Shown: piece by piece, positions 38,482 to 49,393 of the stretch
Layout of the letters: each line of letters starts with the position of its first letter
Position numbering within the stretch: position 1 is the stretch's first letter
NCBI GenBank assembly: GCA_029552125.1
Contig: JAKPEE010000069.1
Location: 93,641-157,640 of the forward strand
From: Bacillota bacterium
Lineage (GTDB): Bacteria > Bacillota > Dethiobacteria > DTU022
Length of the DNA: 64,000 bases
Direction of reading: 5' to 3'
Position numbers and translations under genes: made by a program
Notes under the pieces: model-generated
Seen by the model: the letters and a program-made list of their open reading frames with translations, nothing else
The model's database searches: none
Told to the model about the DNA's origin: nothing

Positions 38482-39488
38482 CCACAGTAATTTCAGCCAT
38501 TTTTGTCTTTGGACTGTTGATTTTTGCCCACGAGCTGGGCCATTACCTGGTAGCGCGGTTAAGCGGAGTGCGGGTTTTGGAGCTGGCCATCGGCTTCGGC
38601 CCCAAATTACTGGGCTGGCGTAAAAAAGGGATCAATTACTCGCTGCGCATCTTTCCCCTGGGCGGGTTCTGCCGGATGCTGGGCGAAAGCCCCGATGACG
38701 AGCCGGCCCCCGACAACTTCATCAAAAAGCCGCTGCACCTTCGCGCTGCCGTAATGGCCGCGGGTTCACTGATGAACCTGCTGCTGGCTCTAATCGTCTT
38801 TTTTATAATCTTCTTCTTTCTCATGGGTTTACAGAGCACCCGCCTGGAGACCGTCCTTCCCGGTTCACCGGCGCAGAGGGCCGGGCTTGCACCCGGCGAT
38901 CGGATCGTGGCCATTAACGGGGAAAAAATAAATAGTTGGGAAGATATCGTGGCGGAAGTAAGCAAAAACCCGGGCGAACAGATCGAAGTGGTGGTCAAAC
39001 GCAATGGGGAGATCAAAGATTTTACTCTCATTGCCGAGCCTGACCCGGAATCAGGACGGGGCATGATTGGCATTACCGCGGCGTGGGAAAAATACCAGTT
39101 TATGGCCTCGCTGCGGACCAGTTTGGCCAGCTTCGGAATGGTGATTAGCTCCATCTATCAGGTGGTAACCGGAAAGGCGCCCCTTGATGTTACCGGCCCG
39201 GTCGGTATTATCATGGTGGTCAATGAAGTGGCCCGGACCGGTTTTGTCAACCTGCTCTGGCTGACCGGCCTGATCAGCATCAGCCTGGGGTTGACTAACC
39301 TGCTGCCCCTGCCGGCGCTGGACGGAGGCAAGCTGTTATTCCTGCTGATTGAGGCCCTAAGAGGTAAACCTATTGATCCGGAAAAGGAAGGATTTGTGCA
39401 TTTTATCGGCTTTGCCCTGCTGATCGTGTTGATCTTGCTGGTTACTTACAACGATCTCATCCGCTGGGATATTCTCCCCGGAAAGTAG
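38469..39488 (+). CDS. rseP: RIP (site-2) zinc metalloprotease RseP/YluC.
   Basis: HELGHY zinc motif, a PDZ domain and the C-terminal LDGG motif. ATG at 38469 sits 9 nt after AGGAG. Confidence 0.85.
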   Translation: MQTLTTVISAIFVFGLLIFAHELGHYLVARLSGVRVLELAIGFGPKLLGWRKKGINYSLRIFPLGGFCRMLGESPDDEPAPDNFIKKPLHLRAAVMAAGSLMNLLLALIVFFIIFFFLMGLQSTRLETVLPGSPAQRAGLAPGDRIVAINGEKINSWEDIVAEVSKNPGEQIEVVVKRNGEIKDFTLIAEPDPESGRGMIGITAAWEKYQFMASLRTSLASFGMVISSIYQVVTGKAPLDVTGPVGIIMVVNEVARTGFVNLLWLTGLISISLGLTNLLPLPALDGGKLLFLLIEALRGKPIDPEKEGFVHFIGFALLIVLILLVTYNDLIRWDILPGK

Positions 39489-39561
39489 CATAGGCTTGTT
39501 TACCAGACGGCATATTGGACCATAATAGTATATTAAAGCAGGAGAAACGGGGGAAAATACT

Positions 39562-40659
39562 GTGCCGCTCCGGACGGAAATGTTCACCGTTGAACGCAGG
39601 CAGTCGGTGCCTGTGCGGGTCGGTACCGTAACCATCGGTGGTGGCGCGCCGCCAGTGATCCAGTCCATGACCAATACCAAAACCGCCGATACAAAGGCCA
39701 CTCTGGATCAAATTGAGCGGCTCGTCCGGGCAGGCTGTGAACTGGTGCGGGTGGCGGTTCCCGATGAAGTTGCGGCCCGCAGCCTCGGGGTCCTGGTGCG
39801 GCAGTCGCCGGTTCCCCTGATTGCCGATATCCACTTCGACGCCCGGTTAGCCCACCTGGCCCTGGAGCAGGGAGCAGCCAAGATCAGAATCAATCCCGGC
39901 AATATCGGCGGAAAAGAAAAGCTGCGCGATCTGGCCGGGGACGCGGCGGCGCGGGGGGCGGCCATGCGCATCGGTGTCAACGCCGGTTCCCTGGAAAAAT
40001 CGCTGCTTAAAAAATATGGCTCCGCTACGGCAGAAGCGCTGGTAGATTCGGCGCTGGGCTACCTGCAAGAGCTGGAAAAAGCTTCATTTAAAAACGTGGT
40101 CGTATCCTTAAAAGCATCGGATGTAATGACCACGATCAACGCCAACCGGCTTTTTGCCAGGATGACCGGTTACCCCCTGCACCTGGGGGTAACCGAAGCC
40201 GGCACTCTGGCGGAGGGAACAATCAAAGCGGCAGTGGGAATCGGCACGCTGCTGGCCGAAGGCATCGGCGACACCCTGCGCGTGTCCCTGACTGCGGATC
40301 CGGTAGAGGAAGTAAAGGTGGCCCGCCGCATTCTGCAGGCCCTGCGCCTGCGTGAATTCGGCCCGGAGCTCATATCCTGCCCGACCTGCGGGCGCTGCGA
40401 GATTGACCTGGTTGGCCTGGCCGAACAGGTGGCCGGGCTGCTGGCAGACTACCGCGGCAACTTTAAAGTGGCGGTAATGGGCTGCGTCGTAAACGGACCG
40501 GGCGAGGCCAGAGAAGCAGATGTGGGTGTTACCGCAGGGCGTAAAAAGGGGATTATCTTCCGCCGGGGCAAAGTCGTGAAAACGGTGCCCCAGGACAGGA
40601 TCCTGGAAGCGCTGCGCCGTGAGCTGGATGAGTTGGAGAAGAACCCTTCAGGCCGGTAA
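39562..40659 (+). CDS. ispG: 4-hydroxy-3-methylbut-2-enyl-diphosphate synthase (flavodoxin).
   Basis: GcpE family pattern (VQSMTNT..., C-terminal CPxCGRC). The start is either GTG at 39562 or ATG at 39580. Confidence 0.9.
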   Translation: MPLRTEMFTVERRQSVPVRVGTVTIGGGAPPVIQSMTNTKTADTKATLDQIERLVRAGCELVRVAVPDEVAARSLGVLVRQSPVPLIADIHFDARLAHLALEQGAAKIRINPGNIGGKEKLRDLAGDAAARGAAMRIGVNAGSLEKSLLKKYGSATAEALVDSALGYLQELEKASFKNVVVSLKASDVMTTINANRLFARMTGYPLHLGVTEAGTLAEGTIKAAVGIGTLLAEGIGDTLRVSLTADPVEEVKVARRILQALRLREFGPELISCPTCGRCEIDLVGLAEQVAGLLADYRGNFKVAVMGCVVNGPGEAREADVGVTAGRKKGIIFRRGKVVKTVPQDRILEALRRELDELEKNPSGR

Positions 40660-40709
40660 AATCGGTTCCCCGTTGCGGCGGGAAGAGGCAAACTCTGGGA
40701 GGTTGATCG

Positions 40710-41357
40710 TTGAATACGGCGGCAATAGTACCTGCCTATAACGAAGAAAAAACCATCGGCGCCGTTATCGATGTACTGACCGGATGCAGCCTCATTGATC
40801 AGGTCATTGTGGTCAGCGATGGCTCTACCGACCGCACCGTGCGCGTGGCCCTGGGCTTCGAAAATATAGAAGTAATCGAGCTATTGGAAAACAGGGGCAA
40901 AGGCGGAGCCATTAAAGCAGGCATGGATCATACCGACGCCAAAGTCCTGCTTTTCCTGGATGCTGATTTAATCGGTTTAAAGCAGGCCCATATTACGGCA
41001 CTGCTGCAACCGGTCCTCAGGGAGCAGGCGGCCATGACTATCGGCGTTTTTGAGAAGGGGCGGGTAGCCACGGATATTGCCCAGAAGATGGCACCCTTTC
41101 TGTCCGGGCAAAGAGCTCTCAAAAGAGAGTTGTTGGAGCAGATCTCCGATTTTGACCTTTCACGTTTCGGAGCGGAGGTGGCGCTGCACCACTACGTGGA
41201 AGAACAAAACCTCCCGGTGCTCCAGGTAGCCCTGCCCGATCTTTCTCACATGCTGAAGGAAGAAAAAATGGGCTTCTGGAAAGGTATTTCCGCCCGGGGC
41301 AAAATGTACTGGGAGATTATTAAGTACGCGGTAAAAATTAATCCCCATCCGAAATAG
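40710..41357 (+). CDS. Family 2 glycosyltransferase (DPM1/GtrB-like).
   Basis: GT-A fold motifs (VVSDGSTD, DADL). TTG at 40710 after GGGAGG. Confidence 0.7.
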   Translation: MNTAAIVPAYNEEKTIGAVIDVLTGCSLIDQVIVVSDGSTDRTVRVALGFENIEVIELLENRGKGGAIKAGMDHTDAKVLLFLDADLIGLKQAHITALLQPVLREQAAMTIGVFEKGRVATDIAQKMAPFLSGQRALKRELLEQISDFDLSRFGAEVALHHYVEEQNLPVLQVALPDLSHMLKEEKMGFWKGISARGKMYWEIIKYAVKINPHPK

Positions 41358-41502
41358 TTAAACAAAAAGATTCCTTTCTCTTGCCTTTTCAGGGGATTTA
41401 TGATATTTTTAATTATAGCTGTTGACGTTTTTTGGATGAAGGGTGGGTTTTCCCACTCTTTCCTGTTAATGGAGGGACTTTTCATTTAAGGAGGATTACT
41501 AC

Positions 41503-41964
41503 ATGCCCCAGAAGGATATAAAAGCGCAGGTGCTCGATCTGGTGGAACCTTACCTGGAGCAGCAGGGCGTGGAGCTGGTACACCTGGAATACCGTTCCGG
41601 ACGGCGCGCGCATCTCTGTTTATACATCGATAAACCGGAAGGGGTAACCCTGGACGACTGCGAAACGGTGAGCCGCGCCATTTCGGATCTGCTTGACGCC
41701 TACGATCCGATCCCCCAGAGCTACATCCTGGAAGTTTCTTCGCCGGGTATAGAGCGGCCGCTGACTCGTGAAAAAGATTTTGAGCGCTTCCGCGGTGAAG
41801 CGGTTAAAGTGCAGACTTATGAACCGATTGACGGGAGAAGAAAGTTTATTGGAATTCTTGAAGGGATGATGGACAGTTGTGTCGCCATACGTCTGGAGGA
41901 GGGCGACCTGGTGAAAATCCCTCTGGATAAAATCAATAAAGCGCACCTCCGGTATAATCCCTGA
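41503..41964 (+). CDS. rimP: Ribosome maturation factor RimP.
   Basis: RimP family pattern (LHLCLYIDKPEGVTLDDC...EVSSPG). Confidence 0.85.
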   Translation: MPQKDIKAQVLDLVEPYLEQQGVELVHLEYRSGRRAHLCLYIDKPEGVTLDDCETVSRAISDLLDAYDPIPQSYILEVSSPGIERPLTREKDFERFRGEAVKVQTYEPIDGRRKFIGILEGMMDSCVAIRLEEGDLVKIPLDKINKAHLRYNP

Positions 41965-41994
41965 GGTGCCTGAGCAAGGAAGGAGGTAAGGAAA

Positions 41995-43248
41995 ATCAAA
42001 ACGGTAAACAAAGAGCTATTTGCCGCGCTGGAGATACTGGAAAAAGAAAAGGGAATCAGCAAGGAGGTTCTTTTCGAAGCCCTGGAAGTGGCCCTGGTTT
42101 CCGCGTATAAGCGAAACTTTCAATCATCACCCAACGTGCGCGTGGTTGTGGATCGGGAAACCGGCGATATCAAAGTTTACGCCCTGTTAACCGTGGTGGA
42201 AGAGGTGGAAAATCCCCGGCAGCAGGTTGAGCTGTATGAAGCCCGGGTCTACAATCCCCGCTGCCAGATCGGCGACGAGATCGAAATGGAAGTTACGCCG
42301 AAAGAATTTGGGCGCATTGCGGCGCAAACAGCCAAACAGGTCGTAATCCAGCGCATCAGGGAAGCAGAGCGGGAGCTGATTTATGAAACTTTTATTGATC
42401 GGGTTGAGGATATTGTCAACGGCCCGGTGCAAAGGTTTGAGCAGCGCAATGTGATTATTGACCTGGGCAAAGTTGAGGCCATTTTACCCGCTGAAGAGCA
42501 AATCCCCCGCGAGCGCTACCGCCAGGGAGAGCGGGTAAAAACATTTATCAAAGAAGTGCGGAAAACCAGCAAAGGCCCCCAGGTAATTGTATCGCGGACC
42601 CATAACGGTTTTTTAAAGCGGCTTTTTGAAATAGAAGTGCCCGAAATTTATGAAGGCATCGTGGAAATCAAGTCGGTGGCCCGTGAACCGGGGCAGCGTT
42701 CCAAGATTGCGGTCTGGTCCAAGAACAAGGATATTGATCCCGTGGGTGCCTGTGTCGGCCCCCGCGGTACCAGGGTGCAGGCCATCAGCAACGAGCTAAA
42801 AGGCGAAAAAATAGACATTATTAAATGGAGCGAGGATAAAGAGGAATACATTGCCGCGGCATTAAGCCCGGCCAAAGTAGCGGCGGTGGAGCTGCACACC
42901 GAAGAGAAGAGGGCCACGGTGATCGTGCCTGACAATCAACTGTCCCTGGCTATCGGTAAAGAAGGGCAAAATGCCCGTCTCAGTGCCAAATTAACCGGGT
43001 GGAAAATCGACATCTGCAGCGAATCGCAAATTGCCCAGCAGCGCCTCTCTTCTCTGGGCCTGGGCACCATCGAGGAGGAACCTTCTGCTGAAACCAATTC
43101 CGGGAACGGGGTTGAGGAATCTGTGGAGACCGCGGCACAGCCGGCGGAGCAGACCGGACCGGAGCAGTCCGAACCGGAGGACGTAGGAGCAGCTCTCCCT
43201 GAAGGCTCCGGGGAGAAAGGCGGGGACAGCGATGATCAAACCGCGTAA
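41995..43248 (+). CDS. nusA: Transcription termination/antitermination factor NusA. The conserved N-terminus lies upstream of the first canonical start at GTG 42088.
   Basis: The in-frame upstream sequence KTVNKELFAALEILEKEKGISKEVLFEALEVALVSAYKRNF is the conserved NusA N-terminus. It is preceded by a strong RBS, AAGGAAGGAGGTAAGG, but has no ATG, GTG or TTG. ATC at 41995 or an ACG/ATG ambiguity at 42001 would be the start. S1 and KH domains follow. Confidence 0.8.
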   Translation: MKTVNKELFAALEILEKEKGISKEVLFEALEVALVSAYKRNFQSSPNVRVVVDRETGDIKVYALLTVVEEVENPRQQVELYEARVYNPRCQIGDEIEMEVTPKEFGRIAAQTAKQVVIQRIREAERELIYETFIDRVEDIVNGPVQRFEQRNVIIDLGKVEAILPAEEQIPRERYRQGERVKTFIKEVRKTSKGPQVIVSRTHNGFLKRLFEIEVPEIYEGIVEIKSVAREPGQRSKIAVWSKNKDIDPVGACVGPRGTRVQAISNELKGEKIDIIKWSEDKEEYIAAALSPAKVAAVELHTEEKRATVIVPDNQLSLAIGKEGQNARLSAKLTGWKIDICSESQIAQQRLSSLGLGTIEEEPSAETNSGNGVEESVETAAQPAEQTGPEQSEPEDVGAALPEGSGEKGGDSDDQTA

Positions 43249-43516
43249 AATACCGCTGCGCATCTGCCTCGGCTGCTCTGAAAAAAAACCGAAAAGGGAA
43301 CTGGTGCGCATTGTCCGTACTCCCCAGGGCGAAGTGGTTCTGGATCTGACCGGAAAGAAAGCAGGCCGCGGCGCTTACATCTGTCCGAACAGCGAATGTC
43401 TGAAAAAAGCGCTTAAAGGCAAGCGGCTGGAAAAGAATTTACAACATCCCCTTTCTCCGGGCGTAGTGGATGAAATTATAGCGTACCTGGAAGCTCAAGA
43501 AAGAAGCGAGGCTTAA
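43232..43516 (+). CDS. YlxR-family (DUF448) RNA-binding protein.
   Basis: IPLRICLGC...GRGAYIC pattern and its position between nusA and infB. Confidence 0.75.
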   Translation: MIKPRKIPLRICLGCSEKKPKRELVRIVRTPQGEVVLDLTGKKAGRGAYICPNSECLKKALKGKRLEKNLQHPLSPGVVDEIIAYLEAQERSEA

Positions 43517-43567
43517 ATCTAGCCGCTGGAATGAAGCAAGGAGGGCTTATAAATGGAGGTGTTTTAA

Positions 43568-45655
43568 ATGGGAAAAGTGCGGGTATATGACCTGGCGAAA
43601 GAGCTGGGCACAACCAGTAAAAAACTGATTGAAGTCATGGAAAGCATGAACATTGAGGTCAAGAACCACATGAGCACCCTGGAGGAAGAACAGGCCCAGC
43701 AGGTTATCGCCATTCTTACCGGGCAGGCTGACACGGAAAAAGCTCAAGCAAAAGAAGAACCGGCAGCAGTAGAGAAAAAAGCGCCGCCGCCTGCCCCGGC
43801 TAAAAAAAGAGAGAAAAAAGAGAAAGGCAAGCCGCGCGATAAGGGATCCGAGCCGGGGCGGAAAGCCCGCAAGGCTTACGAAGAGCACAGGCGTCCAACT
43901 GATAAAGCCAAGCGGCCGCAGCTCAAGCTGGAAGGCCAGGTAACCGTGGCTGAACTGGCTGCCCATCTGGATCTGACCCCGGCCCAGTTGATTACCCAGT
44001 TGCTGGATCTGGGCATTGTGGCCAATATCAACCAGGAGCTGTCACCGGATGTCATTGAGCTAATCGCCAGCGAATATGAGGTGGAAGTAAACTACGTGGC
44101 GGATCCGGTTGAAGAAGACCTGCTGTCCGGGGAAAAAGATCCGGATCAAAAGCGGATCCCCCGCATCCCCGTGGTGACGGTTCTTGGCCACGTTGATCAC
44201 GGCAAAACATCGCTGCTGGACGCTATCCGCCACGCCAATGTCACCGCCGGCGAAGTGGGCGGCATCACCCAGCATATCGGCGCCTACCAGGTGGAAGCGA
44301 AAGGTAAAAAAATTGTATTTCTTGACACGCCGGGGCATGAAGCTTTTACGGCCATGCGTGCCCGGGGAGCCCAGATTACCGATATTGCCATTCTGGTGGT
44401 GGCAGCGGACGACGGAGTAATGCCGCAGACCGTGGAAGCAATCAACCACGCCAAAGCGGCTGAAGTTCCGATTATTGTCGCCTTGAATAAAATTGACAAA
44501 CCGAGCGCCAATCCGGATCGGGTCAAACAGCAGCTTACAGAGCACGGGCTGGTTCCGGAAGAATGGGGTGGCGATACTATCTGCGTCCATGTCAGCGCCC
44601 TCAAAGGCGAAGGCCTGGATGAGCTGCTGGAAATGATCTTGCTGGTAGCCGAAATGAGCGAACTGTATGCCAACCCGGATAAAGCGGCTAAGGGAACCGT
44701 GATCGAAGCCAAGCTGGATCGGGGCCGCGGGCCGGTAGCCACTGTCCTGGTACAGGATGGGACGCTGCGCACTGGAGATCCGATTATCTGCGCTACCATC
44801 TCCGGCAAAGTGCGGGCCATGATTAACGATAAAGGAGAGCGCATTAGCGAAGCCGGCCCTTCCACCCCGGTGGAAATTCTAGGCTTAAACGATGTGCCCA
44901 TGGCCGGAGATCGCTTTCAGGTGGTCAGCGACGATCGCATCGCCAGGCAGGTGGCGGAAAAGCGCTCTTTAAAAATCAAGGAGGCAACCCAGAAGTCACA
45001 GCGGATCACCCTGGACGATCTGTTCAAGCAGATCCAGCAGGGAGAAATCCGGGAGCTTAACCTGATTATCAAGGGCGATGTTCAGGGCTCCGTGGAAGCC
45101 CTGCAGGATGCACTGCTCAAGCTGGGCCTGGAGGATGTAAAAATCAAGGTGATTCATACCGGGGTCGGCTCGATTAATGAGTCGGATGTGATGCTGGCCT
45201 CCGCATCGAACGCCATTATCATTGGATTTAACGTTCGTCCCGACAGCAATGCCCGCAAACTGGCGGAACATGACCAGGTCGACATTCGCCTCTACCGCAT
45301 TATTTATGAAGCCATAGATGATATCAAAGCGGCGGTGGCCGGGCTGCTAAAACCTGAATTCAAAGAAAATGTGCTGGGGCAGGCGCAGGTGCGCCAGGTC
45401 TTTAAGGCCTCCCGGCTGGGCAACATCGCCGGCTGCTATGTCACGGAAGGGAAAATTACCCGTAACGCCTCGATCCGTCTCATTCGTGACGGTGTGGTGG
45501 TGCACGAGGGCCGCATTGCCTCCCTGAAACGATTCAAAGACGACGCCCGCGAAGTATTAAACGGTTTTGAATGCGGCATCTTGCTGGATAACTTTAACGA
45601 TATCCACGAAGGTGACATCATCGAAGCATTTGTAATGGAGCAGATTGCACGATAG
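43568..45655 (+). CDS. infB: Translation initiation factor IF-2.
   Basis: [14 protein letters not shown] start, a GTPase domain ([22 protein letters not shown]) and a C-terminal beta-barrel. Confidence 0.9.
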   Translation: MGKVRVYDLAKELGTTSKKLIEVMESMNIEVKNHMSTLEEEQAQQVIAILTGQADTEKAQAKEEPAAVEKKAPPPAPAKKREKKEKGKPRDKGSEPGRKARKAYEEHRRPTDKAKRPQLKLEGQVTVAELAAHLDLTPAQLITQLLDLGIVANINQELSPDVIELIASEYEVEVNYVADPVEEDLLSGEKDPDQKRIPRIPVVTVLGHVDHGKTSLLDAIRHANVTAGEVGGITQHIGAYQVEAKGKKIVFLDTPGHEAFTAMRARGAQITDIAILVVAADDGVMPQTVEAINHAKAAEVPIIVALNKIDKPSANPDRVKQQLTEHGLVPEEWGGDTICVHVSALKGEGLDELLEMILLVAEMSELYANPDKAAKGTVIEAKLDRGRGPVATVLVQDGTLRTGDPIICATISGKVRAMINDKGERISEAGPSTPVEILGLNDVPMAGDRFQVVSDDRIARQVAEKRSLKIKEATQKSQRITLDDLFKQIQQGEIRELNLIIKGDVQGSVEALQDALLKLGLEDVKIKVIHTGVGSINESDVMLASASNAIIIGFNVRPDSNARKLAEHDQVDIRLYRIIYEAIDDIKAAVAGLLKPEFKENVLGQAQVRQVFKASRLGNIAGCYVTEGKITRNASIRLIRDGVVVHEGRIASLKRFKDDAREVLNGFECGILLDNFNDIHEGDIIEAFVMEQIAR

Positions 45656-45688
45656 TGGCAACGCCTCTTGACAGGAGGAATAATGATC

Positions 45689-46048
45689 ATGTCGGAAAAC
45701 AGGGTTCGCCGGGTTGCCGAACAGATTAAAAAAGAAGTAAGCCAGATCATCCGCAGCGAAATCAAGGATCCCCGGATCGCCTCCCTGGTCAGTGTAACCG
45801 AAGTTCGGGTTTCCCGGGACCTGAGCTATGCTACCATTTATGTCAGCGTGTACGGGAGCGAGGCCGAAAAGCGGGAAACTTTTAAAACGCTTTGGCGCGC
45901 TTCCGGTTTTATCCGCAGCGAGATTGGCAAGCGCATCCGGCTGCGGCGCACCCCGGAGATAAATTTCGCCGAGGACAGCTCTATGGAATACGGGGCGCGC
46001 ATTGATGAGGTTTTGAAAACATTGCATGAGGAAAAGCAGGATCAATGA
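45689..46048 (+). CDS. rbfA: Ribosome-binding factor A.
   Basis: RbfA family (RVAEQIKKEVSQII). ATG at 45689 sits 9 nt after AGGAGGA. Confidence 0.85.
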   Translation: MSENRVRRVAEQIKKEVSQIIRSEIKDPRIASLVSVTEVRVSRDLSYATIYVSVYGSEAEKRETFKTLWRASGFIRSEIGKRIRLRRTPEINFAEDSSMEYGARIDEVLKTLHEEKQDQ

Positions 46049-47025
46049 ACGATCGGGATGAGATTATCAAGATTTTACGAGAGCAGCAACGCTTTAGCCT
46101 GGCAGCCCATGTCTTGCCGGACGGAGACAGTATCGGTTCGCTGCTGGCTCTTGGTGAAGCCCTGGCCAGGGCCGGAAAAGAGATAAAACTATTTTCGCCG
46201 GGAAAAGTCCCCCAAAAATATACCTTCCTGCGGGGCAGCGAGAAGATAGCCGCCGCAGGCCTGGTGCTGCAGCCAGACACCGTAGTGATCGCCCTGGACA
46301 GCAGCGATCCGGAGCGCCTGGGCCCCTTTGCCGAAACAATCAAGCAGGCGCGCTGCCTGATTAATATCGATCATCATGTCACTAATGTCCGCTACGGCAC
46401 CTTAAACCTGGTCGAGCCCGAGGCTGCGGCCACCGGCGAGATTATTTACCGCCTGCTGGCGGATATGGGCATACCCTTGACGGAGAGTATGGCTGAAGCG
46501 CTTTACGTGGCCATCGCCACCGACACCGGCTCTTTTAAGTTTGAAAATACCACCCCGGCCACGCATCGCACCGCCGCGGCGCTGCTGGAGCACCAGATCA
46601 ACCCTGCTGTCCTCTCGCAGCGGGTCTTTGACGAACGGCCCCTCTCTTACTATATATTGTTAAAAGAGGCGCTCTCTTCCCTGGAGCTGCACGGCGACAA
46701 CCGCATTGCCCTGATCACGGTCAGCAAAGAGATGCTGGAGCGCTGCGGCACCACCGTGGAAGAAATTGACGGCATTATCAATTATACCCGGGATATCGAA
46801 GGCATCGAGCTGGGCATCCTCATCTACGTGGAAAGCCCTGAAGAGGTGAAAGTAGGTTTCCGCTCCCGGAGAGCCGATGTGAGCCTGCTGGCCCAACAAT
46901 TCAACGGAGGCGGCCATGCCAGGGCGGCCGGGTGCCGCATCCACGGAGCTTACGCTCCGGTTAAAGAAAAAATTCTTTTACAGGCACAAAAGTTGCTGCA
47001 AGAAACTGCAGGCAAAGAAGGTTGA
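46045..47025 (+). CDS. nrnA: DHH/DHHA1 phosphoesterase (NrnA-like nanoRNase/pAp phosphatase).
   Basis: DHH motifs (HVLPDGDSIGS, DHH) and the DHHA1 motif GGGH. Confidence 0.8.
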   Translation: MNDRDEIIKILREQQRFSLAAHVLPDGDSIGSLLALGEALARAGKEIKLFSPGKVPQKYTFLRGSEKIAAAGLVLQPDTVVIALDSSDPERLGPFAETIKQARCLINIDHHVTNVRYGTLNLVEPEAAATGEIIYRLLADMGIPLTESMAEALYVAIATDTGSFKFENTTPATHRTAAALLEHQINPAVLSQRVFDERPLSYYILLKEALSSLELHGDNRIALITVSKEMLERCGTTVEEIDGIINYTRDIEGIELGILIYVESPEEVKVGFRSRRADVSLLAQQFNGGGHARAAGCRIHGAYAPVKEKILLQAQKLLQETAGKEG

Positions 47026-47029
47026 CAGC

Positions 47030-47980
47030 GTGGACGGGATGATCATCCTTAATAAGCCGCACGGTGTAACCTCGCACCAGTGCGTGGCGGCAGTACGCCT
47101 GCTGGTCCCCGGCGTAAAAGTGGGACATGCCGGCACCCTGGACCCCGCGGCGACCGGAGTGCTTCCGCTTTGCCTGGGCAAAGCTACCCGCATTGTTGAA
47201 TTTTTAATGGATCAGCGCAAAGGCTACCGCGCCGGGGTACAACTGGGAGTATCTACAGATACAGAAGACGCGCAGGGTGAGGTAGTGAACCGCCAGCCGG
47301 TGCCGCCATTGGATACAGGAACGCTAAAGACGCTTTTGCAGGATCTGGCCGGTGAACAGGAGCAGGTGCCGCCGGCCTACTCGGCGGTGAAGCACCGCGG
47401 CCGGCCTCTATATTACTGGGCGCGCAGGGGTAAGCAGGTTCAAAAAAAACCCCGCCGGGTAACCATATACAGGGTGGAGCTGCTGGAGTACAATCCTTCC
47501 GGCCGGCCGCACCTGACCTTACAGATAGACTGTTCCCGGGGCACTTATATTCGCTCCCTCGCCGCGGAAATCGGCCGGCGCCTGGGCTGCGGAGCTCACC
47601 TCTGGAGCCTGGAGCGCAACTATGTGGGCCCCTTCACCCTGCAAGAAGCCGCAACCCTCGCCGAACTGCAGGAGGCGGCTGCCAGGGGCGGCCTGCAGCG
47701 CTTTATCCGGCCCATGGATCAGGCGCTGCGGCACCTGCCCGCCCTGACCCTGGATCGGAGCGCAGTACTGCATTTAAAACACGGCCGGCCGGTTGAATGC
47801 AACGGCTGCGGCGCTGAAAATCTCTCAGACCGGGCGGGCGCTCTGCCGCTGCGGATTTACGGGCCCGAAGGACATTTTTATGCCCTGGCCCGCCGGGAAA
47901 AGGCGGGGTCCAAGTCAATCCTGAAAACGGTAAAATATCTGGCCACTACTGCAGGAGAGCAAAGCGATGGAAATAATTAA
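47030..47980 (+). CDS. truB: tRNA pseudouridine(55) synthase.
   Basis: GMIILNKPHGVTSH and HAGTLDP catalytic Asp motif. GTG at 47030 after AAGAAGG. Confidence 0.85.
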   Translation: MDGMIILNKPHGVTSHQCVAAVRLLVPGVKVGHAGTLDPAATGVLPLCLGKATRIVEFLMDQRKGYRAGVQLGVSTDTEDAQGEVVNRQPVPPLDTGTLKTLLQDLAGEQEQVPPAYSAVKHRGRPLYYWARRGKQVQKKPRRVTIYRVELLEYNPSGRPHLTLQIDCSRGTYIRSLAAEIGRRLGCGAHLWSLERNYVGPFTLQEAATLAELQEAAARGGLQRFIRPMDQALRHLPALTLDRSAVLHLKHGRPVECNGCGAENLSDRAGALPLRIYGPEGHFYALARREKAGSKSILKTVKYLATTAGEQSDGNN

Positions 47981-48968
47981 TGGCATTGATCGCTGGAACA
48001 GCGCAGACAGGAGGTCCCTGACCCTGGCCCTGGGAAATTTCGACGGCGTGCACCGGGGGCATCAGGCCATCATTCGCACTGCGGTAGATATGGCCGGAGC
48101 GGCGCAAGGCCGCAGCGCAGCCCTGCTATTTGATCCTCATCCATCAATGCTGCTCAGGCCGGATCCCTCTTTCGCTTTGCTGACCGACCTGGTGGACAGG
48201 GCCGAGTTGATGGCCGGCCTGGGTCTGGATTATGTAATCGTAGAACCCTTTACCGGAGATCTGGCCGCGCTGCCGCCGGAGCGTTTTGTTGAGGATATCC
48301 TCGTCCATAAACTTGCGGTCAGCGGAGTGGTGGTGGGCTACGATTACTCATTCGGCCATGGCGGCCGGGGTAATACGGAAACTATGGCTGCGCTGGGGAA
48401 AAAGTACGGTTTTACCGTGACCATCTGCCCGGCGATCAGGTATAAGCAGAAGATCGTCAGCAGTTCGGCTGCCCGCGACCTTTTACAAAAGGGAGCGGTG
48501 GCTGAAGCGGCAGGGCTGTTAAACTATTACTTTTTCCGCCACGGCAAGGTCGTCAGGGGCAGCGGTATCGGCTCAAAAATTTTATACCCCACGGCCAATA
48601 TAGAAATCCCGGCCCGCTTGATTCAACCGGGACAAGGCGTTTACCTCACGGCGGTAGCCGGTCCGGCCGGCGGAGAACTTCTGTTTGGAGTAACCAATGT
48701 GGGGGCCAGGCCGACCTTCGCCTCCAGCGGGGCAGCGATAGAAACCCATATCCTCGATTTTCACGGCAACCTCTATGGCCGGCCCATCTGTCTCTATTTC
48801 CTGGAAAAGCTACGCGATACCAGGGCCTTCAGCTCGCCCCGCTTGTTGAAAGAACAGATCAGCCGCGATATTTTCCGGGCCAGGAAGCTTATTGACAGGC
48901 GCTACCGCCGGCAGATCGCAGAGGGCCGATCAACGCCCGGGCTGAAAGAAATAGGGGTAAAAGGGTAA
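47967..48968 (+). CDS. ribF: Bifunctional riboflavin kinase/FAD synthetase.
   Basis: GNFDGVHRGH (FAD synthetase) and a C-terminal riboflavin kinase domain. Confidence 0.85.
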   Translation: MEIINGIDRWNSADRRSLTLALGNFDGVHRGHQAIIRTAVDMAGAAQGRSAALLFDPHPSMLLRPDPSFALLTDLVDRAELMAGLGLDYVIVEPFTGDLAALPPERFVEDILVHKLAVSGVVVGYDYSFGHGGRGNTETMAALGKKYGFTVTICPAIRYKQKIVSSSAARDLLQKGAVAEAAGLLNYYFFRHGKVVRGSGIGSKILYPTANIEIPARLIQPGQGVYLTAVAGPAGGELLFGVTNVGARPTFASSGAAIETHILDFHGNLYGRPICLYFLEKLRDTRAFSSPRLLKEQISRDIFRARKLIDRRYRRQIAEGRSTPGLKEIGVKG

Positions 48969-48996
48969 GAATAAGTTTAGATTGGCCGCAAAACCC

Positions 48997-49025
48997 TTGT
49001 AAGTGAAAGCTTTTTCTGTTAAAAT
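48997..49025 (+). promoter_or_regulatory. Candidate sigma-A promoter for rpsO.
   Basis: TTGTAA-N17-TAAAAT. Confidence 0.45.
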
Positions 49026-49116
49026 TTTTAGTATTGTTGAACCGCAGGCTAGGTTTGAAGTGGCCCCGCCTTCTTACTTGGCTAAACGGCGATTATGAGA
49101 AAAGGGAGGAGCTAAC

Positions 49117-49383
49117 ATGCTGGATCAAGAAAAAAAGAAAGAAATCATTACGCGTTACCGGTTGCACGAAGCGGATACTGGTTCACCGGAAGTGCAGATT
49201 GCCCTGTTGACGGAAAGGATCAACTATCTTACCGAACATCTTAAAACTCACAAAAAGGACTTTCATTCACAAAGAGGATTACTGAAAATGGTAGGCCGCA
49301 GACGGGGACTGCTCAATTACCTGCGCGACAGCTCCCCGGAACGTTACCAGAATATCGTGAACAAGCTGGGCTTGCGCAAATAG
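49117..49383 (+). CDS. rpsO: 30S ribosomal protein S15.
   Basis: Full-length match to the S15 family. RBS AAGGGAGGAG. Confidence 0.9.
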   Translation: MLDQEKKKEIITRYRLHEADTGSPEVQIALLTERINYLTEHLKTHKKDFHSQRGLLKMVGRRRGLLNYLRDSSPERYQNIVNKLGLRK

Positions 49384-49393
49384 GCCATTTCAT

